A DNA stretch of 64,000 nt from a virus (lineage: Duplodnaviria > Caudoviricetes), in the IMG/VR virus record IMGVR_UViG_2974541498_000001, positions 64,001-128,000 of that record; one strand, given 5' to 3'. The translations under genes were made by a program, and so were the position numbers. This document shows, in pieces, positions 31,398 to 40,078 of this stretch. The notes beneath the pieces are model-generated. The model had not been told where the DNA came from. It did no database searches and saw nothing but the letters and a program-made list of their open reading frames with translations. How positions within the stretch are numbered: the stretch's first letter is position 1; each line of letters starts with the position of its first letter.

Positions 31398-33251
31398 ATG
31401 ATGGCAAAATATACGCCCGGAGATTTAGAGATATCTCCTTATTACGATAGATTTGATGACACTTCAAATATAACTTTTGTTGCTTTCGTAGCTAATAATA
31501 TCCTTCAAGGATCAGAAATGAATGAGTTACAATCCATCATTAGTTATTATATGCAATCATTAGGTAATTCCATCATGAGCGATGGTGATAAACAAGCAGG
31601 AATGGCCTATGTTCAAGATGGAACAAATATAACAATACAATCCGGGGAAGTTTATCTTGGAGGTAAAGTAAGACATTTCTTAGAGCAGACAGTTAAAATT
31701 ACCGGTGTTGGTATTGAAAATATTGGAATAAAATTAAATACGGAGATTATTACTCCCCAAGAAGACTCTTCTTTGTTAAACCCAGCCATTGGCACTCCTG
31801 GGTATCAATCACAAGGAGCTAATAGAATAAGAGAAACTGTTGAATTGGTAGCTAATGATTCTAGTGCCGTATCTATTTATACTTTCAAAGATGGTAAAAT
31901 ATATTATGTTCCAGAATCTACCCAACTAGCTAAAGTAAGCAACATGATGGCTAAACAAACATCTGAAATAGATGGAAACTTTAGAATTGGGTCATCTGGA
32001 TTCCAAATGTCTACGGTAGAAGACCCTAATGATAACAAAAAAGCCATTCTAAATATATCATCAGGGGTAGCCTATATCTTAGGTAAAAGAGTAAATAAAG
32101 CAGTTGCTACTCAACTGTCTGTTGACCGGGCTATTAATACTAGTACAATCACTAATGAACAAAATACATTTGCGACTGGAACGTTAAAATATCCTCTGGG
32201 GAATTTCCCAGTTCAAAGTATATCATCAGTTACGGCAAATGTTCAGAAAACAATTGTTGTATCAAGAGGAACTTCTGATGTTGATTCTTTAGCAGATAAA
32301 AATGTTATTTCTATTTCTAAAGTATACACAGAGGGTAGTAGTAGTGTTACCTATACAGAAAATACTGATTACAAGTTAATAAACCATCAAACAATTCAAT
32401 GGATTTCTACAGGAAGCTCACCTGCTAGTGGTACTAGTTATAAAGTCACATATGTATATAATAAGAGTCTTGACTCAACTAATGATTATGCGGTAACTAC
32501 CGATGATAATTCACTAATAACATCTATTGATTTCACTGGAAAAGGAATTGTGGGATCAGGAGATGCTACTGGTGGTGTTCTATTCAACGGTAGTATTATT
32601 TCTACAACTTATGACTATTATCTTGCTCGAATAGATATTCTAACATTAAATGATAAAGGCGACTTTATTATCCACGTTGGGCAACCAAATGATGCGGATT
32701 CTGTAGTTCCTCCATTAATTAATGACGGTAATGTCCTAGAAATAGGAAGTATTGCATGGCTACCAAATTCATATAAATCTACTTGTAAGACATATGCTAC
32801 TTCTAACTTAACTTTTAGAGATCTAACAATGCTACGGGATAGAGTTGATATTATAGAATTTAATGAAGCGCTTAATTCCCTAGATGATGTTGCTACCGCT
32901 AATTATGATCCTACTCAATTAAGAGGGGTGTTCTCTGATGGGTTCATTTCATTAGATAAAGCAGATTATACAAATGATGACTATTCCGTTATGATGAATT
33001 TTGAAGACGGAACTATTACCCTTCAATATTCTAGTAAAACAGAATTAGTTCCCGATATATTATCTGGGGAAAGCAATATTATCCTATCTGATAGTGGTAA
33101 GTTTGCGACTGCGGCATATACAGAAGTCCCAGCTATATCCCAGCCAACAGCTACCAGCGCCATATTAATTAACGAATACTCATACTTCGGTAAAGAAGGG
33201 GTATTAACATTAAAGCCTTCATCAGATAATTGGGTAACTAATGCAAGCTAA
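31398..33251 (+). CDS. adsorption/tail fibre-network protein (DUF4815/VrlC-like), N-terminal half
   Basis: SPYYDRFD, LQ.SE.NELQS, G.AYI.G, YLARID, LRGVFSDGF motifs. Confidence 0.85.
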   Translation: MMAKYTPGDLEISPYYDRFDDTSNITFVAFVANNILQGSEMNELQSIISYYMQSLGNSIMSDGDKQAGMAYVQDGTNITIQSGEVYLGGKVRHFLEQTVKITGVGIENIGIKLNTEIITPQEDSSLLNPAIGTPGYQSQGANRIRETVELVANDSSAVSIYTFKDGKIYYVPESTQLAKVSNMMAKQTSEIDGNFRIGSSGFQMSTVEDPNDNKKAILNISSGVAYILGKRVNKAVATQLSVDRAINTSTITNEQNTFATGTLKYPLGNFPVQSISSVTANVQKTIVVSRGTSDVDSLADKNVISISKVYTEGSSSVTYTENTDYKLINHQTIQWISTGSSPASGTSYKVTYVYNKSLDSTNDYAVTTDDNSLITSIDFTGKGIVGSGDATGGVLFNGSIISTTYDYYLARIDILTLNDKGDFIIHVGQPNDADSVVPPLINDGNVLEIGSIAWLPNSYKSTCKTYATSNLTFRDLTMLRDRVDIIEFNEALNSLDDVATANYDPTQLRGVFSDGFISLDKADYTNDDYSVMMNFEDGTITLQYSSKTELVPDILSGESNIILSDSGKFATAAYTEVPAISQPTATSAILINEYSYFGKEGVLTLKPSSDNWVTNAS

Positions 33252-33262
33252 GGAGGATATTA

Positions 33263-34930
33263 ATGGCTTTTGATTTTTATAATGATATGATGGCTAAACA
33301 GGCCGATATCACAATTAATACAGATAGATGGTGGAAACATGGTGGCACTGATAACTATGTTTTAAACAATACTACTTGGGATGCTTCTAGCTCTAAATAC
33401 ATTGGAAATATGGGCAGGCAAAAAGGTAAGCATCAATTAAATGGTACGTATACGACATCGACAACAGTATCTGTGGCACACAACTATAGTTATACTACTA
33501 TGGATCAGTTTATGCGAGTTAGAGATGTTGAATTTACTGCAACAGGATTAACTCCCTTAGCTACAGGATTTTATTTAACATTTAACGGGGTTAGAGTAAC
33601 TATTACTCCATCTTCTGGATATAGCACAGACACTTCTGGTAAAGGAACCGTTACTACTGATTCTAATGGTGCTTTTTCTGGGAAATTCTCTGTTCCATCT
33701 AATGTTCCTGTAGGCACCGTAGAAACTATTTTTACAAATGATAAAGATAGCTGTGTTACAACTTATACAGCATCAGGTATGACACAACATACTGGGGTTT
33801 ATTATACTGATGAAACATATTTCAACACACAATATGTTACTGCATACGTATCAGACCCAGTAGCAGAGACATTTCAATTACCACAGGACAGTTACGTAAC
33901 TAGTTTTGATATCCCATTTGGATCAGTAGACTTAACAGAACCAGTAAAGTTTCAACTTAGAGAAGTAAGCAATACTGGATATCCAACAAGTACAGTTTAT
34001 GCTAATGTCACAGTTCCTTCGGAAAATATTAAAACATCACAAGATGGATCAGTACTGACGAATATAAAGTTGCCAACACCTTTCTTAGCTAATGCAAATG
34101 TTCAATATGCCTTTGTTCTAGCTTCTCAGTCTGATAATTATACAGTATTTAGAGCTAAATTGGGTGAACTTTCTTTAGCAGATAAGAAAACTAAATGTAA
34201 TTCTCAACCATATGGTGATGGAGTAATGTTTACCTCTTCTAATTCTACCACATGGACCGCCGACCATACCGCCGATTTGAAGTTTAATATTAACATTGCC
34301 AAGTTTAACCCAACAGCAGAAATTGTTTTTGATGTGCTGAAAAATATTAAAATGGATACATTCGTAGCCTTTTCAAATTTCTTAACACCAAACAACACTA
34401 ACTGTACTTGGTACTATAGAATGATTGGTCAGGATGATTCTGGGGATGCAGATATTACTAAAAAGAATTGGCTACCATTAGCGCCTTTTGAAACAACTGA
34501 AGCAGATACTATTATTACTCAGTTCCAATTAAAGGCGGATTTCACGGCAACTGATTTCAGTTCTCCTGTAATTAATATGGATAGTCTAAGTTTAGGACAA
34601 TTCATTACTGCACTTAAAGGTAACTATATTGGAAGGACAATAGATGCTACCCAAGCACCCTTTAATACTATTCACACAGTATTTAGTGCACAACTTCCTA
34701 ATAATGCTGTAGTTACACCTTATTATAGTCTAGATGGTGGTAACACGTGGAAGCAATATACACAGGCTCCAACAACAACCACTCAGACTAATGGGTATGT
34801 TCAGTATGCTTATACAGAGAAGTTAAGTAATGATGCTACTAGCTTTAAGATTAAATTAACTTTATCTACACAAAGTAGTTTCTTAAAACCTTACGTAACA
34901 AACTTAATGAATACCTTTAACAAGGAGTAA
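33263..34930 (+). CDS. adsorption/tail fibre-network protein (DUF4815/VrlC-like), C-terminal half
   Basis: RWW.HG, FMR.R.V.F, DP.A.TF, G.MF.SSN..TWT....DLKF motifs; AAGGAGG RBS. Confidence 0.85.
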   Translation: MAFDFYNDMMAKQADITINTDRWWKHGGTDNYVLNNTTWDASSSKYIGNMGRQKGKHQLNGTYTTSTTVSVAHNYSYTTMDQFMRVRDVEFTATGLTPLATGFYLTFNGVRVTITPSSGYSTDTSGKGTVTTDSNGAFSGKFSVPSNVPVGTVETIFTNDKDSCVTTYTASGMTQHTGVYYTDETYFNTQYVTAYVSDPVAETFQLPQDSYVTSFDIPFGSVDLTEPVKFQLREVSNTGYPTSTVYANVTVPSENIKTSQDGSVLTNIKLPTPFLANANVQYAFVLASQSDNYTVFRAKLGELSLADKKTKCNSQPYGDGVMFTSSNSTTWTADHTADLKFNINIAKFNPTAEIVFDVLKNIKMDTFVAFSNFLTPNNTNCTWYYRMIGQDDSGDADITKKNWLPLAPFETTEADTIITQFQLKADFTATDFSSPVINMDSLSLGQFITALKGNYIGRTIDATQAPFNTIHTVFSAQLPNNAVVTPYYSLDGGNTWKQYTQAPTTTTQTNGYVQYAYTEKLSNDATSFKIKLTLSTQSSFLKPYVTNLMNTFNKE

Positions 34931-34934
34931 TAAG

Positions 34935-35096
34935 ATGACTATACAAAAACCAATTACTAATTCTAAGGGTAGACAAATAGCTAAATTATTTGTTCCAACT
35001 AGAGGTGAATTAACCTATATAAAGAATCAGGAAAAATTAGCTAAAGAGCTTAAAGAACTTGAAATATTAAAAAGAGATCTTAAAAAAAGTAAGTAG
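34935..35096 (+). CDS. small conserved protein after the adsorption protein (53 aa)
   Basis: not in ORF track; AAGGAG RBS; LFVPT motif followed by coiled coil. Confidence 0.75.
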   Translation: MTIQKPITNSKGRQIAKLFVPTRGELTYIKNQEKLAKELKELEILKRDLKKSK

Positions 35097-35100
35097 TGAC

Positions 35101-35127
35101 TAGCCGGTTAGAGATAATCGGCTTTTC
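35101..35127. terminator. terminator between convergent genes
   Basis: AGCCGGTTA-agaga-TAATCGGCT-TTT. Confidence 0.7.
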
Positions 35128-36592
35128 ATGTACAATCTATTTGCAATCTGTGGAATAGTTCTGAGAATACAAATTCACTAACAATATCATAGTCGTTCTT
35201 TAATACGTTTTCTTCCACACTTAAAGAGAACCATAGTCCGTGGTCTTTTGCATTCTTTAAGAACATTAATAATTCAGAAGCCTTTGCCCGATTAATATCA
35301 ATAAAAGAGTCAGTACCCATAATTTTTTCAGTTCTACGAAGAGTTCTCGTACTAATCTTTAATAGCCAAGCAATATGCTTTTTAGTACTATTAGATAATT
35401 CTGAAAATAATCCTTTTAGCAAGCTTACTTGCTTTTCTTTCTCAACTTTACGAGTTTCTTTTAGTTGATCCATTGACATATGGCCTTTTTCATACCAACG
35501 ATTCTTTTCCATTTCTCGCTTACGTTCTAACTTGATAGCATCTGAAGCAAAAGTTACTAGCTGTAATTGCTCTTCTTCTGTTATATCAAAATCTCGGATA
35601 ATTGTCTTTACTTTTTCAGGCTTAACAATACCATCATCTTGATTATATAGAATCACATTTCTGTTTTCTTTATAATACTTTAAAAATAATCCAGCTTCTC
35701 TCCAGCAACTCTTTAGAGTATTCTTAATTTCTGAAGTAGATAGACCCGGGACATACTTATCCTGAATCGTATTCATTTGATCTTCAAAGTCCCCTTGAGA
35801 AATATTCTTAGAAAGAAGATAATGAAATCCATACCAAAATAACCATTCATTTCGGTAACCAATCATTTTTCTAGTTCCCCGAATACTAGCGAGCTTTTCA
35901 AAGTCTTCTAATCTAGTCTTATTAGTCTTTACTCGATTACCAATAAGCTTAGTTTCTCTATCTTCTTCTGAAAAGTTATCTACAATGTAATCAGATAGTT
36001 GACTAAAATCATATTCATTATTATTCCAAATCTCAAATTTAATCTTAGAATTATTACGAGAGTTTACACTACCGGGAACACGGAATAGACGAGTTACATC
36101 AGTACACTTAGGATCTGCTCCCAAGTCGCTTAACTTATTAACGAAATTTGCTGTAATATTTTTAGTTGCCCAAGCCATACTAGCAGGTAACCCATTTTTA
36201 ATCGTCCAAATCAATTGAACACCATGACCAAACGTTACCATATTTGGCCCAGGAATATCTCCATTACCAATATGCTTAATAACTTCTTCAAACACTTCTG
36301 AAATAGCATTTTCATTAGTCATAGATGAATATTTATCCATCTTATAGAAATCTAGATCAATACCAATATTTCTAATCTGAGCTAACTCACTAGACCGTCT
36401 TACTCCATTTTTAAATGAATTCAAACTAATGTAAGTATCTGTATTATTATTTGATTTTTTAATTAGGTTATTGACTGTTTTTAATCGATAGTTATAATCG
36501 AATACTACTCCATTATAACCAAGCTTAGTTAATACTACGTTCCCATAATCCTTCTTATTATTGAACCATAAGTCTTCCCAAGAGTTTAACAA
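35126..36592 (-). CDS. plasmid-type replication initiator (AEP primase-like fold, C-terminal HTH)
   Basis: YISLNSF, IRNIGIDLD, G.G.QL, GADP.C.D..R.FR.PGS.N, G.RN.WLF, IAWLLKISTRTL (HTH). Confidence 0.75.
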   Translation of the reverse strand: MLNSWEDLWFNNKKDYGNVVLTKLGYNGVVFDYNYRLKTVNNLIKKSNNNTDTYISLNSFKNGVRRSSELAQIRNIGIDLDFYKMDKYSSMTNENAISEVFEEVIKHIGNGDIPGPNMVTFGHGVQLIWTIKNGLPASMAWATKNITANFVNKLSDLGADPKCTDVTRLFRVPGSVNSRNNSKIKFEIWNNNEYDFSQLSDYIVDNFSEEDRETKLIGNRVKTNKTRLEDFEKLASIRGTRKMIGYRNEWLFWYGFHYLLSKNISQGDFEDQMNTIQDKYVPGLSTSEIKNTLKSCWREAGLFLKYYKENRNVILYNQDDGIVKPEKVKTIIRDFDITEEEQLQLVTFASDAIKLERKREMEKNRWYEKGHMSMDQLKETRKVEKEKQVSLLKGLFSELSNSTKKHIAWLLKISTRTLRRTEKIMGTDSFIDINRAKASELLMFLKNAKDHGLWFSLSVEENVLKNDYDIVSEFVFSELFHRLQIDCT

Positions 36593-36629
36593 CTATCTCA
36601 CCTGCCTATTACTATTTTTATTTATATTT

Positions 36630-36658
36630 AGTATAGCACACTTATTTATATTCTACAA
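36630..36658 (-). promoter_or_regulatory. sigma-A-type promoter for rep
   Basis: TTGTAG-17nt-TATACT with TG extension. Confidence 0.65.
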
Positions 36659-36873
36659 GCTATCTATATATTCTATAATACCTATTTTAATATTAATTAA
36701 TAGCCTTATATATCTAATATAATTTCTCTAAAAGTCGGAGGGGCTTAGCAATAATAGTGTTTGTCGCAAGACATGTGTCCGCTTTTAAGAGAAACCTTGA
36801 TAGGCCGGTGTTTTGACCACTATGAAATATCTTAGAAGATTCTATAATAAATTATGGGATGTTAGTCTATTAA

Positions 36874-36902
36874 TTGACAATTGACTATTAATGTGATAGA
36901 AT
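36874..36902 (+). promoter_or_regulatory. sigma-A-type promoter for helicase
   Basis: TTGACA-17nt-TAGAAT with TG extension. Confidence 0.8.
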
Positions 36903-36920
36903 ATAGTAAAAGTATAGAAG

Positions 36921-39194
36921 GTGAAGAACATTAGATTAGAAGTTTATCCAATGACAACGAAGTTAGTTGGTAGAAAAGAAGATTTAACTAAATATGCTGA
37001 TCTAATTAGCGAAGATATAGATATTCCTGTTGATAACTATCAATTTAGTTTTTCTTATCAAAACTTTGGGGAAATACCTGTCAATCATTTTTATGATAAG
37101 AAAACTAATACTTTTCCTACTGGTTTACTAGAGAGTGTAAAAGGGTTATTAAAAGCTAATAACTTAGAATATGAGGTAGTTGATAAGCGTCCTAAAGGAT
37201 TATTTACTAGTGATGATTTATTAACGTCTCCTATAACTCTGGGAGGTCGGACAACAGAAGGAAAGTATGCCTATCAAATGGATGCTATTAATTCTATTAT
37301 TAAATCTAATGGGAAAGGTATACTAAACCTAAGTGTTGGTAGCGGCAAGTGCCTGCCGGTTGATACGTATTTATTAACAGATACAGGATATAAAACCATT
37401 AGGGATATTTTAAATAATGAAGGACTAGAAGAAAGTAGCAATGAATCTATTCATACTGCCAAGAATACTATTTTAGTTAATCGCTATGGGGAAAATGAAA
37501 AAGTAGATAAGATTACAATTAATGGTATTAAGCCAATTAATAAGGTTATTCTTAATTCTGGTATTTATGAAGAAATGACACCCAATCATCCCCTATTAGA
37601 ATTTCGTCCTAGCGCTGATGGATTTGTTTGGGTTAAGTCTAGTGATATAAAAGTTGGAGATATTATAGTTACTAGGGATCATTGTAGAAATTTTGGGACT
37701 TTTAAAGAAGATAATAAAGAAACTATTTTAAAAAGCGATAAGATAAAGGAAAAATATAATCTTTCAACCGCCTATGATTTAGTTTTTGATGAAGTATCTT
37801 CAATTGAATTTGTTGGATATCAAAGAACCTATGATGTAAGTATGCCAAAGACTCATAGCTTTATTGCTAATGGCATTGTAAATCATAATACTCTTTTATT
37901 CTCTGCATTAGCTAAGATTGCTTTACCTCATCTAAATGATGGAGAACATATTCTGTTTTTTACTAGTTCTAAGGAAATATTTAAGCAAACGTTGAAAGAG
38001 CTAGAAGATATGACCGGTCAAGAAATTGGTTATTATGCTTCTAAAAAGTATAAAGATCGTCCTATTATGGTAGTCATGTTGCAATCTGCTTATGCGTTAT
38101 ATAAAATTGATCCATATAAAGGATTAAAGTTAACTCCTAAAGATAGGGAGTTAAGAAAGATAAAGGATGTTATTCTACCGAAGATATCTAATGGAAATAG
38201 TATAAATGCTTTGAAAGCTTATTTAAGATTTATGAAGCTTGATACAAAAGTTGCTAAGAATTTCAAAGAAATGCTAGAAAATGAAATAGATACTTCCGGT
38301 AGTGATAAGGAGTTAGTAGATAAGCTGACAGCCTATGCTAATGAATTTGATGAGAGAATAGAAGATAAAGCAAAAGACTCTAAAGAAAAAAAGGATTTTA
38401 TTGTAAATCTACTAAATAGTGCCGTTTTTATCTGTAATGATGAATGTCAGCATTTGACAGCAGAATCCTATTATAAAGTAATATTAGCTTGTAAAAATGC
38501 TTTAGTATGCGTAGGACTATCTGGAAGCTTAGACCCCAAAAACAAGCTATTGCAACAAAGGGTTAAAGCAATTTTTGAAAAGATTACTTACCGAGTAAAG
38601 TTAGTAGATAATGTTAAGAGAGGCGTAAGTGTTAAGCCAATAATTCATATGTTATCTGTTAATTCGCCAAAGAATATTGCTAGTTTAAGAGAATGGCCGG
38701 AAGTTTATGCTACGGGAATAGTTCATAATGAATATAGGAATAATCTAATTGCTAAACTCGTAGCCGAAAAAGCCTATCCTTCTGGTAGAGTTACTTTAAT
38801 AATTGTTAATCAAATAGATCATGGTAAGGATCTTCTAAAAAGATTAACTGATCTAGGAGTACCTGCGGTGTTTATTTATGGTCAATCAGAAGATGAATAT
38901 AGAAGAAAGTCTATTCAAGCTATGAGAGATAATAAAGTAAAAGTTGCAATTGCCACATCTATTCTAGATGAAGGTGTTGACGTAAAAACTATTAAAGTTT
39001 TGATATTAGCGGCGGCAGGTAAATCTTATCGAACAACTATTCAAAGGATTGGGCGTAGTGTTCGTTTAGGTGAATTTAATGATGCACATATCTTTGACTT
39101 CTTTGATAATCAAAACTATATGTTATCACGTCAATCGTTAGAGAGAATGAACATATATAAGGAGCAACAATTAGAAATTAAAGAAAACAAGTAA
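36921..39194 (+). CDS. SF2 DNA helicase (UvsW-like) containing an intein
   Basis: YQ Q-motif, GSGK/T split Walker A, DECQH, GLSGS, ILDEGVD, QRIGR. Confidence 0.92.
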   Translation: MKNIRLEVYPMTTKLVGRKEDLTKYADLISEDIDIPVDNYQFSFSYQNFGEIPVNHFYDKKTNTFPTGLLESVKGLLKANNLEYEVVDKRPKGLFTSDDLLTSPITLGGRTTEGKYAYQMDAINSIIKSNGKGILNLSVGSGKCLPVDTYLLTDTGYKTIRDILNNEGLEESSNESIHTAKNTILVNRYGENEKVDKITINGIKPINKVILNSGIYEEMTPNHPLLEFRPSADGFVWVKSSDIKVGDIIVTRDHCRNFGTFKEDNKETILKSDKIKEKYNLSTAYDLVFDEVSSIEFVGYQRTYDVSMPKTHSFIANGIVNHNTLLFSALAKIALPHLNDGEHILFFTSSKEIFKQTLKELEDMTGQEIGYYASKKYKDRPIMVVMLQSAYALYKIDPYKGLKLTPKDRELRKIKDVILPKISNGNSINALKAYLRFMKLDTKVAKNFKEMLENEIDTSGSDKELVDKLTAYANEFDERIEDKAKDSKEKKDFIVNLLNSAVFICNDECQHLTAESYYKVILACKNALVCVGLSGSLDPKNKLLQQRVKAIFEKITYRVKLVDNVKRGVSVKPIIHMLSVNSPKNIASLREWPEVYATGIVHNEYRNNLIAKLVAEKAYPSGRVTLIIVNQIDHGKDLLKRLTDLGVPAVFIYGQSEDEYRRKSIQAMRDNKVKVAIATSILDEGVDVKTIKVLILAAAGKSYRTTIQRIGRSVRLGEFNDAHIFDFFDNQNYMLSRQSLERMNIYKEQQLEIKENK
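37350..37889 (+). mobile_element. mini-intein (180 aa) in helicase Walker A
   Basis: starts CLPVDT after GSGK; block B TPNHP; ends TYDVSMPKTHSFIANGIVNHN followed by Thr; no LAGLIDADG. Confidence 0.93.
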
Positions 39195-39198
39195 TTAT

Positions 39199-39239
39199 AG
39201 CGGGTAGCCCTTGATAAGCTACCCGTTTTGTATTATACT
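39199..39239 (+). promoter_or_regulatory. terminator overlapping a sigma-A-type promoter
   Basis: hairpin GCGGGTAGC/GCTACCCGT-TTT; TTGATA(39211)-17nt-TATACT(39234). Confidence 0.7.
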
Positions 39240-39262
39240 AATAAAAGGAAGGGGACAAACAT

Positions 39263-40078
39263 ATGGGTTTAGATAGTTTTTTAGAGGATATGCCAAAATC
39301 GGGCTTCAGCCCCTTCTTACGGCCTATTAAAGATAATAGGTATAATGACATTAAAAAGGATGTAGAGGCCCTCTATCGTCCTGTATTAGACGTTAAACGG
39401 TATCCTAGGGAGTTACCCCTGATTTACATGTTTGATAATGTAATTAACTTGAGAAAACGTAATAACGGAATCTGGTATAACAAAAAAGTTTTATATCAGA
39501 GCTGGGATAACTTTAGTAAATTGAATATTTTATTAGAAAATTACAATATTAAACCAAGTAATTTTTTATCTAATTTATTTTGGATGGCAGAGAATAAACA
39601 ATATCCTGCAACCTATAATAGAAAATTAGGGTATTACGTACCTGATATTACTATGTGGGAAAAGGTTTTAGAAAATATGTCAAGATATAAGAAAAGCGTA
39701 TTTTTTAACTCTCTTAATAAGTTCACTATAATCAGCGGATGGGAAGATGTTTATTTTGAGGAATCTTTTAACATAAATACCTATGATGAAAATATATCTT
39801 TATTTGTTAATAGGATGACATCTTTAAATGATTATAAAATGTTTGATAGAATTCCAGATAGATCCTTAAATGAAGATGAGAAAAAATATATTTTATTATA
39901 CTTGTGGAATTATAGTGATTCTATGAAAATAACTAGCAATTATTTTAGGGATTTATCGGGTATTTATGGTACTGGAAAGCAAGAAACCTTATTAGGATAC
40001 ATCTTAGGATATCATATTAACTTAGAAAATATAAATTTAAACAGTATAGAGGATGATATTAATGGAAGAGACAGTTAA
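39263..40078 (+). CDS. hypothetical protein between the two helicases
   Basis: 271-aa ORF with GGAAGGGG RBS; position of the herellevirus putative Rep/regulator gene. Confidence 0.7.
   Translation: MGLDSFLEDMPKSGFSPFLRPIKDNRYNDIKKDVEALYRPVLDVKRYPRELPLIYMFDNVINLRKRNNGIWYNKKVLYQSWDNFSKLNILLENYNIKPSNFLSNLFWMAENKQYPATYNRKLGYYVPDITMWEKVLENMSRYKKSVFFNSLNKFTIISGWEDVYFEESFNINTYDENISLFVNRMTSLNDYKMFDRIPDRSLNEDEKKYILLYLWNYSDSMKITSNYFRDLSGIYGTGKQETLLGYILGYHINLENINLNSIEDDINGRDS

Noticed and set aside
33240-33270. Sequencing error or frameshift explaining the split adsorption gene
   Set aside because: Perfect AAGGAGG with well-spaced ATG and no slippery run; genuine fission more likely, though reads were not available
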